Origin: Hemiscyllium ocellatum
Lineage: Eukaryota
Length of the DNA: 64,000 nucleotides
Direction of reading: 5' to 3'
Assembly (NCBI RefSeq): GCF_020745735.1
Contig: NC_083408.1
Location: 29,046,484-29,110,483, forward strand
Position numbers and translations under genes: made by a program
Part shown: positions 1-12,488 of the stretch, one piece after another
Layout of the letters: each line of letters starts with the position of its first letter
Numbering within the stretch: position 1 is the first letter of the stretch
The notes under the pieces: generated by a model
Database searches by the model: none
Told to the model about the DNA's origin: nothing
What the model saw: the letters and a program-made list of their open reading frames with translations, nothing else

Positions 1-181
1 AAGAGGCTCCTGGGACGATTGTCAGCCGGACATTACCGCCCAACTAGGAAGGCCTCAGCTCAGCACTCAAGGCCCAATCTCAGACCCCGTGCTCCTGGCG
101 GAATCTCCCTGCGTGGTGAGCGCTCTGTGGACAAACAGGTTCCCGCCTCCTGACGGTCTTACTAGACCAATGAAAGTGGGA

Positions 182-295
182 GTAAAAAGTGAGGTCTGCA
201 GATGCTGGAGATCAGAGCTGAAAGTGTGTTGCTGGTTAAAGCACAGCAGGTTAGGCAGCATCCAAGGAACAGGAAATTCGACGTGGCCCGAAACG
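182..295 (-). mobile_element. Penelope-like element terminal-repeat fragment
   Basis: 182-284 is nearly the reverse complement of 15013-15115. It breaks off at the hammerhead position. Confidence 0.7.
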
Positions 296-649
296 AAAGT
301 GGGAATAGAGCGAGGAACGGAATGAAAAGTGCCTGGATAGGGAGTCAATGACCATAGACCTCAGTCTGAAAGCGAAATCGATTGAAAAAGAAACGAGACT
401 GAAACCAATAGCTGAAATAGCAAGGAAACAAAATGAGGCGAAAGTTAGTGGGGAGAATCACATCATCACGATGTCTCCTATCTCCAGCTCACCAACTCTA
501 TCACCAGCCTTCCCTCTGGTTCGATTCTCCACCTTGCTCCTTTTCCTTGCTGGAAATCTGGTACCTCTCTCACTCCTAACAGCTCCACCCAACTTTCTTT
601 GATGACCCTCTTCTCCCACCATAGATGCTACCTAACCTGATGATTACTG

Positions 650-1480
650 CGCACAACTCTGGTCGCCCTTCAATAGGAAGGATGTTCATAAACCTGGTAT
701 GGTGCAGAAAAGATTTTTTTTAGATTAGATTACCTACAGTGTGGAAACAGATCCTTCGGCCCAACAAGTCAATACCGACTCTCTGAGGAGCAACCCACCC
801 AGACCCATTCCCCTACATTCACCCCTGGCTAATACGCCTAACACTACGGGCAATTTAGCATGGCCAATTCACCTGACCTGCACATCTTTTGACTGTGGGA
901 GGAAACCGGAGCACCCGGAGGAAACCCACGCAGACACGGGGAGAATGTGCAAACTCCACACTGGCAGTTGCCCGAGGCGGGAATTGAACCCGGGTCCCTG
1001 GCGCTGTGTGACAGCAGTGCTAACTACTGAGCGACTGTGCCGTCCCATTTACAAGGACATTGCCGGAACTCGCGGTTTTGTGTTAAAGGGAGAAGCTGGA
1101 TTGGCTGGGGCATTTTCCCCTGGAGCATGGGAGACTGAGGGGTGACCTTATAAAGTTTTCTCAAATCATGAGGCGTATTGATAGTGTGAATAGCCAAATC
1201 CCTTTTCCTAGAGTCGGGGAGTCCAAAACTAGAGGGCATAAGTTTAAGGTGAGAGGTGAGATTTGAAAAGGACCTGCGTGTATGGAAGGATCTACCTGAG
1301 TAAAATGGTGGAAGGATACAATTACAACATTTAAAATGCACCTTAATGAGTATATAAATAGAAAGGATTTGGAGGGATATGGGCCAAATACTGGCAAATA
1401 AAACTAGGTCAGGTTGAGATGTCTGGTGGGCGTGAACGGGTTGGACAGAAGGGTTTATTTCCATGTTGTATAACTCTATA
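650..1480 (+). mobile_element. CR1-type LINE 3' fragment interrupted by a SINE
   Basis: Typical CR1 3' sequence (ggtgcagaaaagattt...acaagga...gagactgaggggtgaccttata...ggagggatatgggccaaa), split by the SINE at 720-1045. Confidence 0.7.
720..1045 (-). mobile_element. HE1-type tRNA-derived V-SINE
   Basis: Reverse complement of the element at 10855-11162, with a (TTAGA)n tail at 720-731. Confidence 0.85.
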
Positions 1481-1664
1481 CCTGCAGGTCCTCTCTGAAT
1501 GGAAGTTGAATTGAAACTGCCCAATCTGGGACAAAGAAGGAGCCGAGCCTGCCGCGCCGCCCAACGCTTAAGAATTGGGAGTCGAACCAAGTGCCTCATC
1601 CAACTCACTATTGGGAGCAAGCGGCATCTCTGGCTCAAACTGCAGCACACGCCCTTATTTGGAG

Positions 1665-1845
1665 TAGGTGAGTATTGCAGGGGCTGGAGATCAGAGTCGG
1701 GAGTGTGGTGCTGGAAAAGCACGGCAGGTCAGGCAGCATCCGAGGAGCAGGAGAATCGATGTGTCAGACATAAGCGTAACGTCAATTCTCCTGCTCCTCG
1801 GATGCTGCCTGACATGCTGTGCTTTTCCAGCAACACACTCTCGCC
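1665..1845. mobile_element. Fold-back pair of Penelope-like terminal repeats
   Basis: 1701-1762 and 1779-1840 are inverted copies of the same repeat tail. Confidence 0.75.
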
Positions 1846-2416
1846 ACACACCGTTAATACCGAGTTTGGGGGAGAATTATAAAACAAAACACAGGGTTTC
1901 AAAGAGATGCCATTCAAAGACATTCGCCGAATGCTTCTACACTGTGATAACAGCACCATCTCCACCCATCCCTCCCTCCATACCCCTCTCTCCCTGCTAT
2001 GGTGAACCCCTGAGCCAGCAGTTGGTAAAACAGCATTTCGGGCGAAGGCGCAGACAGCATGGATCAATAAGTTCAAGAGGAGTGGGCTGCGGCAAGAAAG
2101 TCATATCGAGCACTCCGCATGCAACCGGTCAGATTGCCTCGTTAGTTTCACCACTTTTCTAACTCGCGTTGAAGACACCTCGGAGAAAGAAAGCGCGTGG
2201 AAGCGAAATTGCTCGTATTTTAACGCGCATGCTCGAAATATATCCCAAGCGGACCCTCCAGGGTCTGGGGACTGTCGGGAGATGTTTACTCTCTGAAGAG
2301 GGGGAGGAGGATTATTAGAAATCTGAGAACAAAAACAGAGTGGGAACGTTACTTTTGATTTCATGTGAGATTCAAGGCGCTGCCTCTCTTCCGAGCGGCC
2401 AATGCTGCAAACTTAC

Positions 2417-2593
2417 AGCGTCCCAGACATACGCCGACACGCCCAGATTAGCGCCCAGAATTTGGGCGATCTTCAGATTATACCCGCAGAACTCAAAGTT
2501 ATTATGTGTGATGTAGCAGCTCGGAGAGTAACTCTCGTCGTATGGAGCGTCGTTGCTGGAACGTTCGGAGGACTGCCTCGTCGTAGTTGTCAT
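2417..2593 (-). CDS. EEF1AKMT3: EEF1AKMT3/METTL21B-like methyltransferase, paralog A, coding exon 1 (59 aa; remaining exons presumably left of the window)
   Basis: ATG at 2593 on the minus strand. Translation MTTTTRQ...NNFEFCGYNLKIAQILGANLGVSAYVWDA matches the F-x-F-C-G-x-x-L-x-I...LGVxAxVWDA start of EEF1AKMT3. Ends in phase 0 at donor GCT|GTAAGT, the same position as in paralogs B-D. Confidence 0.88.
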
Positions 2594-2644
2594 CCTGCCC
2601 AATGGATCGTCCGATGTTTGTCGTGGGGCTGGGGCGCCCGACCG

Positions 2645-2745
2645 TCGTGTACATTTGCATGGAGAAAGCGCCCGGCGTGCCCTTCGGACGTCCCAGAGCT
2701 CCCCACAGCCAATCACACGTGCCGCCTATTGTTGCGCAATAAACA
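2645..2745 (-). promoter_or_regulatory. CpG-rich promoter region of paralog A
   Basis: GC/CpG-rich stretch directly upstream of the ATG. Contains octamer ATTTGCAT (2653-2660), a CCAAT box (agCCAATc, ~2707-2714) and the C/EBP palindrome TTGCGCAA (2732-2739). Confidence 0.55.
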
Positions 2746-5700
2746 AGGCCGTCATTGCCGCAGCCCGCCAGCTAGTAGCAACAGCGAGGAGGCGAAGGAT
2801 CTCCTCTGGACGGGGCAGCCGGGCAGCCCACCAAGCTCCTGTTCAACCGCTAGCGATTCCTTTACGATTGCTAGTGAGCATCCTACATGATCCGCCAGCC
2901 ACAAAGCACGCCTCCCTTAAGCGCACAGAGGTCGGACCGCCGTCACTGTCTTTACTAATCGGTAGAGACGGAATTGAACATTATATGGATCGCTTTAATG
3001 ATGCTGATAAAATAATCCTTTCAGATCTGGTTCCAAAGTCTCGGAATGAGTTCCACATTCATTGGACGAAATCATTTACTAGGGATTTGTACTATGAAAT
3101 AGCAAGAATCGTTATTTTGACCAGCTCCTGTGTGCACAACGCATCCTGATGCCATTTCATACTTTTGTTCATGTATTACTCTTTTACATTTTGTGTGCCA
3201 ATCAATCTCACTGCCCACTTTGGTAGACCATTCAATTCATTCATTACACTCTGCACTAAGTAATTCAGACAGCCTTCTGACACCCACTTACAACTTTCTA
3301 TTCTCGTTTCCTATGAACTGTGAGATGGTCTGTAACATGCTGGCATTCGTCGTGATCGCGAATACCTTGACTGCAGCAATCACCATCCCCCCTTAGACTT
3401 CTCGTCCATACATTCAGTTTATCTTGGTCAAAATACTTGCAACGGCGAAACCACAAATCTTTGGACAAGAAGTCAACGTTCGCGTCCACTAACCGTTGGA
3501 GACAGTGTTCGTCATTACTTTCCATATAAGGGGTTAGGGGGAGAATACAGTGAATTTCCAGTTCTGTCCTTGATCTCACTTGTATTAGGGAGATGGAGGT
3601 GTTGGTAGTGACAGACAAAAGTGACTTTGAAGACAACAGCTGAACCAAATGTAAAACAAGAAAGTCACATTTGGAAAGCTACCTCCAATCTAAATGCAGG
3701 AATTTGTGCCATACCATTGGTGCAGTTTCTTAGTAGTTCGATAAGAAATGTATTCAGGCCAACAGGTTCCTTTCCTCCACTATAAGTCTCTTATCGTCAG
3801 TACTAGGACGTCCATAGAAGGCACCGTCATTGAAACGGGTGTCAGGTAGTGCAGCATATTATCTTTATATCCGAGAAAAGCCAGTCCAATCACCTCCCAT
3901 TGTAGGGAATGAAAACTATGGGCAGTTACTGCAACCAAAGCGCATTTACTCCAGCTTCCCCCACTTCTCGGTCCAATAGCGGCTCTTTCACAAAGTTAGG
4001 AGCACCATATTTATACAGAGTCAGACAAAAGTGCGATCACTCCTGTTCAGAAAGTAAATATTCGTGCTAAAGATAGATATTATAGATATCCTTGTTGCAG
4101 GTGAGTCTTCTTTCGTCGAAAAACAGGGTCGAAGAAAGAAGAGAAACATTTTGAGACCGAACTCAATATATTGTTCAGCTCAGGCACGTTTGAGTTAGCA
4201 TGGTACGGGCTAGTGCAATATTATAATTTATGCTGTATCAAGGTCTTTAAAAATTTGTGCTTACTTTGAGCAATGTTTCCAGATTTCTAACTGTGATTCT
4301 CTGGATCTGGATGCAATTCTTATCAAAATTGAAGATGTTGAGTCATATCTAACTGACAAATGAATTCATTGAACAATAAACGATATGAATTAGAAGAAAT
4401 GGACTATTTGCCCTCCTTCAGCCTGCTGCTCCACTCAATGGCTGATCTGATTGTGTTTTGAATTCAACATTCTTGTCTACTCCTGCTAACCTTTGATCCT
4501 CTTTCAATACATAGTCTTTTTGAAAGTATGAAGAAGCTACAGAATTCAGATAGTTAATCACGTGATCTTCCTTCAATGCCTTCTCTGTTTTCCAGCTGGC
4601 AGACAGCCGCACCCCCGCATATCCAGCAACAGTCAGGGAATGTCCTACACTGCTTCTCTTCCCTATACTGTATCAATACTGCTCGAGTATTCCAAGAACC
4701 AATCTATCACTCCGCCCCATCTACTGCCACTGTATGACATTTTCCAAAAATACAACGGATATTTTACCTGAACAGTGTTGAAAACAGCTCTTTATATCAC
4801 GCCTTTGAGTTGCCACACTGCTTTTTCCACAAGTACCCACTGGATGAAAACAAACTTAATCAAAGTAAATATTAAGAAATATTAAAGCTTCAGTTTCCTT
4901 AAATATTTGTTCTCTAGTCATCAACTCCACGCCTCTCTTTGCCAGCAAGTATGAGGCTGAAGAGTATAACTTGCAATCATGGCTTTCTGTTCGATACAGA
5001 GGTGCATTACAAACTTAGATTGGCCTCATCAATAGTACTGCTTTCTTTCATCTTTGACAACTTGTGCCCACCATTGACTTAGTTTGACTGTTGCCTTTTT
5101 TGGAACAACACTATTGTAATGCTGTTCTAGTAAGTTTCCTACCTTCGATTTGAGCATATCCGAAACTTTTCTGTCAAGACCTAAACTTGCAACAAATCTC
5201 ATCTGTTCGCCTCAAAACACGGCCGGCATTAGACTTGCTATTAATTTATTTTGTAGTTTATTGAATTCAAACGTCAGCACCTATCTTGGGCAGCTGTACA
5301 CCCATCTCCTCAGAGAATTAGTTTGCGGTTCTGAATTACCAGTTTAACCACATTATCGCTGCCCAGAGTTCCCAAGGCATCGTCAAAAATAAAGTTGGAT
5401 TTTTACTGCGTTTGGAAGATTTAACTTGGCTTGAAATAACGGGTAGATTTTAAAGACATGGACTGGATGTTTTAAAAAACAAGGACGATATCTCAAATGC
5501 ATTTACGTGAAGAAATAAAATTGACGTCAGTTTTGATTGTGGAGTTCTGCCAGCGTTCGGGTATACTTAAATGGCAGTTTTAGTGCCCAGTCAGAGGACA
5601 ACTGCAGGTATAGAAAACCCGCGTTAATTCTGCCTTAGCTCTGTTTCTTTCTGTGCAATTGGAAAATAGTGCCACTAGGTCTTAACTCTGATTACAAATA

Positions 5701-6749
5701 GCAAATCATCAGTCCCCTCACCCCACGCCTTTCCAATCTGTGAGGGCCGTTACATCTCAGATTTACTCATCTCGCCCAGTGGACTAAGCGCCAGATAGTG
5801 ACCAATTTGCTGAGGCATTATGACATGAGTTTCCGAAGCAATTACGGGGCAAAACACTGCAGAAAAGCACGTCAATATCATTGGAGCACCCGCACCCCCA
5901 CCCCCGTCAAGCCATCTATTGGAGCCAACTCTCCTCTGAAGCAGCTTATGTTAATAACTTCATTGCCATTGTTACATTGTCCGGATGCAACCTTAGTCAT
6001 TTAGGAACATTTTGGAACACTGCACCAAATTTCACAACCACTGATAACAGCTGCGATGTGCAGTGGAACAAGACAAAATGATCATAGATGTTGCTTATAT
6101 TACAGGAGACACGGTGGTAAATGAAAAGTGAAAACTTCACAAACCCGAAACAAGGTGAACGCATGCTCTTTGGAAATGCCAGAACCTCGAACAACTAGTA
6201 CTAAGAGCACAGAACATTTCCCGAGAACAGTGCTAAGTGACCTCGGCATGAAAAAAAATGTTCAATGGCTGTGCGTCATTCAAAAAATGACAACCGTTCA
6301 AAGAAACAATTATGTTATCAACATGCAAGAAAAACATCAGTTTCATTTTGTTTTTTTCAGATAAGGCGCATCACTTGATAAGAAAACTGACGCTGTATAA
6401 CCCAGATGGGATTATTACTTAGGATCAGCTTGAAACCTCGAGTTGTAAACAAGTAGTTGGTTATTTCACTCGGCATTATTATCCACTATCCTGGAAATCT
6501 ACTTGCTGGCATCAAATCTCCCATTTTATAGTCCCCTCCCGACTCTGACAGAAGAAATAAGAAATAGCAACTATTCCATGCGTCGACTGTTCTCTTTACA
6601 ATGGGACCTTGATTGATCTTTTACCTCAACTCCACTTGTTTGCTCACTCCTTGTACCTCTCCATTCCCCAAGAGATTAAAAATGTATTCAACCCAGCCGT
6701 GAAATACTCGATTATGGAACATGCACAATCTTCTGAGGTAGACAACTGA

Positions 6750-7600
6750 AACAAGGCTAAGCCATTTTGCCCTCGGGGAAAAAGGGGAGTGGAAGTAGGT
6801 GCAATGACTATCACTGCAGAAGATGCACTAGAGAAATTAATGGAGTTAATGTCCCTGGTGGGTTGCATCCCAGAAAAGCAAAGTAAGTAGCGACAGAGAA
6901 AATGTGGGCTTTGGTAGTAATGATCGAAGAGTCGTTAGATGTTGAAACAGTCCCAGAGAATTGGAAAACTACTAATGTAGGACTCTTATTTTAAAGAAAG
7001 GACGATGAACACAAGAATCCACAGGCCAATTGTCTTAAAACCTGACGTTAGGGAAAATGCTAGAGTCTGTGAAGTATGTAATAGCAGACCATTTAGAATC
7101 GCATAATATGGTAAAATGGGGTCAGCATAGCTACATGAAGGGGAAATCATGCCTGAAGAAATGTATTAAAATTTTCTGAACAGGTAACAAGCAGGATACA
7201 TAAAGGGGGACCTGTAGATGGAATGGATTAAATTTCCAAAAAGACATTTATAATGTACTGCATATGAGATTAATTTATTGAACAGGAGCCCATGATGTTG
7301 GGGTAATATATTAAACACGGTTGGAGAATTGGCTAACTAATACAAGACAAATGGATAGGATACAGGTGGAAATTTCAGGATGGCAAACTGTAACTAGTTG
7401 AGTGTTACAAGTATCATTGTTGGAGTCAGAATTTTTTACATGTACGTGTATGACTTCGATGAAGTAAATGAATGTACTATCACTAAGTTTATGAATGCCA
7501 CAAACAATAAGTGGGAAGGCAAGTGGTGAGGATGATACAGAAAGTCTACAAGGGATGCAGCCTGGCTATGTGAGTGAGGAAAAACATGGTAATTTTGTCA
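6750..7600 (+). mobile_element. Degenerate CR1 LINE reverse-transcriptase region
   Basis: Remnants such as cagagaattggaaaactactaatgtagg, cagcatagctacatgaaggggaaatcatgcctga and ttggctaactaatacaagacaaa resemble CR1 ORF2. Confidence 0.6.
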
Positions 7601-7861
7601 AATATACCACTGCTCTATCTATGTCTCATTGCCTTATTCAGCCCATGGAGCCTGTTCTGTCATTCTAGAGGAATGATCATTTACCTCAACACCATTTTCC
7701 CGCTATCCCTATATCCTTTCCTGGCCTTAGTAACTAGAAATGTATCAGTTGATCCCACGGAATGAGTGAGTTTACGCAGCTCTCTGGGGTCGCGAATTCT
7801 AGATTTATTACCGTTTGAGTGAAGTGAAGAAACTCCTCCTCACTTCAGTCCTAAACAGCTG

Positions 7862-8140
7862 ATACACATTGACACATACGTGGAAACGTGTACACACAAA
7901 CACGCAAATAGAGACACAGATAGACAGTCACATATGCGTACAGACACTCATACACATATACTCACGGACATAAATACAAACTCAAGCACACACAGACTCA
8001 CTCACATAAATATATATTCGCTCGCTCACATGCACATTGACAGAGACACACTGACAAACACATTCCCAGGCACAAACGCGCACACAGACATACACATGAT
8101 ATACACATACAGGTGCACAGGCAGACAGACACACATATTT
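7862..8140 (+). repeat. Degenerate (CA)n-rich simple repeat
   Basis: Low-complexity CA/GA run. Explains ORF 7880..8146. Confidence 0.85.
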
Positions 8141-8589
8141 AAATAAATTATTCCGAAAGTGTTCAGTTTCACCTTGTATTTTAAAGTGTCTGCATTTAGA
8201 TGGTTTATTTTAAAGCACAGAGTCTCGGGGTGACAATTCGGAAAATGCGAATACCCCACAGACTATAAATAATGTGAATCCCTTGGGATTGCTCATATCT
8301 GTTGAGAAGTCGCGGATTGCTTTCTACCGCTCGAGAATGAAATAATACCACAGTAAAGCATCAGCTTAAGTTTTAAAGGGTGCCATGTGGTAGAACAGAT
8401 GAGCACGTAAAACTCGAGCCAGGTCGAGAGCAAATACTTCAAGCAAAAGCCAATTTCTACAAACCTTCGGAAAGAACAAAACGAGTAAATATATGAGTTA
8501 CAGTAATGAAATCAGATGAGATGACCCAAGGGTACGCGGAAGCCCGTGCTTTCATTAGTCTGTATTGTTGCACAAGTACCACATGAATG

Positions 8590-8700
8590 ATTTCTAATTA
8601 ACCTGTTAATATTATTACACACCTCTGGAGCAGGTGGGACTTGAAGTCGAGCCACCTTGCTCAGAGGCAGGGTCGCTACCACTTCGTTTCAAGACCTCTC
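8590..8700 (-). mobile_element. Short second-family tRNA-derived SINE-like repeat
   Basis: Reverse complement resembles 10548-10660 and 40480-40590 (agtggtag...cccacctgctccagaggtgtgtaataa...aacaggttgattag). Confidence 0.55.
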
Positions 8701-9914
8701 ACAGCAGTGCCGCATTCAATTGCTACACATCCGTGCAATTAAACCAATCTATTGAACATTAAGGCCCAACTTAGGACGCCGAGTCTGTCTGTAGGAGCTT
8801 TTAGAACTTCAAAAATAGCATAACCGGGAGATGCAATGATAGCATTCTCCGCTGATCTAAGTTGGGTAGTTAATTTACATCTGAACTCATTTAAAGTCTT
8901 GTAAAGGAGACCGGGGCATCCCTTGGTAAGCTGAAGTGTCAAAATCTTCACATTGTTTTATTTAAAGCATAAGGCCTGAAAGATAACAATTATGACAGTT
9001 ACGAAAAAGATAAGTAATTGCATAGACTGACTCAGTATATAATACGTCGAATAGAGAGCGACTCGGCTCAGCGTATGTTCCATTCATCCAAATGTTCTTT
9101 AACTTGCTGTGTTGCAAAATAGCGTAGTTTGGTGGAGGAGTGCGCTGACTATTTCTAACTGATGCCACTAAACGGTCAGTATGTGTGTTTAAAAGAAACT
9201 AAAAACAAATGAATTGTTCGTGATTTATAATTTCAATTTTTTCGTTCATCGAATGAGGGTATTGAAGGCAACAGGAGTTTTCTTAATATAGAAAACAGTC
9301 AGAAAACAAATACCGAGATCATTCAGCCCTTCCTGCTTGGGAGAGCCTCTCAATTGATCCCACTGCCACTTCTCATCCTATCTCAATGGTCTTTTCCTCT
9401 GTTAAAATATTTATCCAATTATCTAATAACTTATTTAAAAATCTGCTGCCTTTCAGCTAGAACCATCCTAATCATTATAGCTCGCAGTGTTAATCAGGAA
9501 CATGTCTACTCTAATTTTTCTGATAATCACCCTAAATCTGTATCTTCTGGCTACGGGGTCTTCTGCCAGCCTCGGAGGAACAGTGGTTGAGATTCCCTCC
9601 ATCAATTGCCTTCTGGAACTTCTCTGCTTTAAAACGGGAGAAAACAATGAACTGGGGACAAAGGTAACGAAAGAGGGTATAAGTAGGAGTCTTCAGGTTG
9701 AGATAAGTGCCGGGGCAGCAACTACAATTATTTTGCTTTTATTAAAGAGTTTATGTAACTCGGGTTTAATAGTGAGAGACAACGTTTCTGAAATGATGGA
9801 TGCCAGAGGACGGATGAACTCTAGTTAGAGGTTCTACTTTATTACGATTAGAATGAACTAATCACTTGCTCACGTAATTGTGCATAGCTTCGCGGGATTT
9901 AGTTGAGCAATATA

Positions 9915-10055
9915 AATTCAGCCCCGCCCACTGAAAAAGAAAACATGCAAAACCGTTCCATCAGCTTCACGCTTTTTTTCCCCTTCATTGGCCAGCAATT
10001 GACAATTTGCGATAAAATTTTAAGCCTATAAATAGCGGCAGGCTCCATGATGTAC
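9915..10055 (+). promoter_or_regulatory. Candidate core promoter of paralog B (GC box, inverted CCAAT, TATA)
   Basis: GCCCCGCCC 9921-9929, ATTGG 9987-9991 and TATAAATA 10027-10034 in typical Pol II order and spacing, followed by a CpG-containing segment ending at a donor. Confidence 0.55.
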
Positions 10056-10189
10056 ATCGCTGCCAGACGAAAAGGAAAGGCAAGCGCACGGTGCGGTAGT
10101 TACAGTGCTATCTTGTCATTTAGTGAAGGACGAGAGGCTGCAATAAAGAGAGGCGAAACGATCACTGAGGTGCGGTTAGGCATCTTGAA
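10056..10189 (+). other. Putative non-coding first exon of paralog B
   Basis: Starts ~30 nt after the TATA box, contains no ATG and ends at donor AA|GTGAGT (GT at 10190). The start position is approximate. Confidence 0.45.
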
Positions 10190-10547
10190 GTGAGTTTGAT
10201 GCGTTGCTGTTTCTGACTTAATTTAAACAATCCTCGTACCATTTTATTCAGCTAACCATTTATCATGACCAGTGTTATTATTATTTCAATTAGTTGCACC
10301 ACCGCTCTTATTGCTAGAATAATCATCAGCACGGATTTCCTGTCTTCGAGAAAAGGAAGTGTTACAGCTGGGGAATCAACCACATATATGATTTTTGTGT
10401 TTGGGGCCGGTTAATAAGAAGTCACCTTATCAACGCTAGAGAGAACTGAAAGTTGTTTTACGATGAACATACTCCTACATCCCGCTCGGTTTATTCGATT
10501 TACCGTGTCGATGAGGACATTGCCATTTAGCACATCTAGTTCCTACT

Positions 10548-10660
10548 TGGGGCTCTTGTAGCCCAGTGGTAGTGCCCCGATCTCCGAACTTGGGATTATG
10601 CCGTGTTTGCTCCTGAGATGTGTAATAACATCTCTGAACAGGTTGATTAGGAAATATATA
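10548..10660 (+). mobile_element. Short second-family tRNA-derived SINE-like repeat
   Basis: A-box-like tagcccagtggtag, plus a tail shared with 8590-8700 and 40480-40590. Confidence 0.55.
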
Positions 10661-10854
10661 GCTGAACTGTTGGTGTATAAGGGTATATTGAGTTTGTTAT
10701 AGATTAGATCCATGAGTAAGTTCCTTAAAATTCTGCACTTATAAAATGGTCAAAACACTTTAAGTAGCGGCAGTTCAAAGAGTTCCCAAATGTAACTATG
10801 AGTTCAGAGTTAGGGGTGTGAAGACCATAAAATGGCAGTTTCCCTTCACTTTAT

Positions 10855-11162
10855 GGGCGGCACGGTGGCACAGTGGTTAGCACTGCTGCCTCACAGCGCC
10901 TGAGACCCGGGTTCAATTCCCGACTCAGGCGACTGACTGTGTGGAGTTTGTACGTTCTCCCCGTGTCTGCGTGGGTTTCCTCCGGGCGCTCCGGTTTCCT
11001 CCCACAGTCCAAAGATGTGCGGGTCAGGTGAATTGGCCATGCTAATTTGCCCGTAGTGTTGGGTAAGGGGTAAATGTAGGGGTATGGGTGGGTTGCGCTT
11101 CGGCGGGTCGGTGTGGACTTGTTGGGCCGAAGGGCCTGTTTCCACACTGTAAGCAATCTAAT
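10855..11162 (+). mobile_element. HE1-type V-SINE, full length and young
   Basis: A box (tggcacagtgg), B box (ggttcaattcc), central V-domain (tgtgtggagtttg...ggtttcctccggg...) and a tail ending aatctaat. Confidence 0.9.
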
Positions 11163-12436
11163 CGTGGAGTGGCAGAGAATAATGGGGATTGTCCTATCTT
11201 CACTAGATACTTCAGTTATTCATGCCGACGTCAAGGCGTGGACAGCTCAAAAAACGCTTATTGCCAAAGGTTTGAATGATTCAGAGCGAGGCTTTGTTTG
11301 GAAGTCGGGCAAGATGTTTGCCTTTTTTTAAATAAGGGTTTCGGAGTTGGATCTGAAAACATCCCAGTCTGTAGGTGCCAGCCAAGAGTTCAAACGACAT
11401 AGAAAAAGAGACTGAGAAATGGAAATTGTGGTTGACCAGAAGCAAAGGGGGTGTGAGGAAATAATAGAATTTCTAACTACAGGGCATTTAGTCAGAGTGT
11501 AATGGAGTCCATGCTCGAACTGAGGCGTTTATAATCAAGTGCCGAACCGTAAGTGGAGGGAAGATTAAGGGGATGGTGGTGGAAAGACCGCAGTAAAACT
11601 CCTGCTTTGGGGGAAAGCAGGAACTGCTCGGGGACATCAAGTTGATTTCCGGGCGTGGCAGCACTTCTGTTTTTATTCAGGAAGTGAAGGAATCTTTGGG
11701 AGATAGAAAAATGGCAAGAAACTTTCGGAGGGAAAGTTAATGTCAAAAGAAAGTCTTCAGTTGACGCGTTCAGTTTTAAAGTAAACGATCACGTTTGTTG
11801 CTTCTCTCTGAGTGTAATACATGACTGATAACCTGAAGTGGTGTCTTGTTAATGTTTACACTGCTTAGCTCATGTCTTTTTTTACAAGTGGAAACTTGTG
11901 GCTTTATCATTTGATTAGATAAAGGGCAGATCGTGAAACATTGACATTCTCCGTTACTCTCGTAACATTACGCATAAAGAACAGGATACAATCCGCAACT
12001 TTTCACCGGTGGCAGTAAAAGTTGAAAATATTAACAGATTTCAAGGCTCGACCTCTCAGCGCCAGGGTATGGGTTATGACGGAAGAATAATATTTTCAAG
12101 TTATGATAATGACTGTGACTAGGACTTTCACTGTGGGCAAGTCGAGAGCTAAATACAGTCAAATGACTGACCCTTTCTGTGTTCTGTAACTGATCCCAGT
12201 GCTAATAAATGAATTAGTCCGAAGCAAGGCATTTGTTACAAACCAAGTTCATTCTAAATAGTCAATCCCGAGCTGTAGTATGTTACAGGGACTGGAAAAC
12301 TTCACATTTATACTTACCTCTTTATTGATAAGACCAGTAAAGTGTGTGCCATCGCTGTCTATCATCACAGTTTATCTGCACCTAGTTTCCTCGTTTAGCC
12401 TACCTGTTTAGATTCATTTACCCTTTTGTTTTCCAG

Positions 12437-12488
12437 AGAAATAATTAAGACGTTGCGTCTGGGTTGTGCTGCATTTGGACAAATTTCG
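12437..12488 (+). other. Putative 52-nt non-coding (5'UTR) exon of paralog B
   Basis: Strong acceptor cccttttgttttccAG| and donor CG|GTAAGA. No ATG inside. Confidence 0.5.

Noticed and set aside
741-1145. Recurrent ORFs containing WPIHLTCTSLDCGRKPEHPEETHADTGR
   Set aside because: These are antisense readings of the HE1-type SINE, repeated at each copy, and not a gene family.
2402-3149. Plus-strand ORFs of 162 and 198 aa
   Set aside because: They overlap the GC-rich exon and promoter of paralog A on the opposite strand, use non-informative starts and contain no recognisable motifs.
4088-4106. ttgttgcAG|GTGAGT as an exon end or recursive splice site
   Set aside because: An isolated motif with a weak pyrimidine tract and no partner exon or frame that I could support.
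10855-10930. tRNA-like sequence with A and B boxes
   Set aside because: It is the head of a SINE and continues into SINE body sequence, so it is not a tRNA gene.
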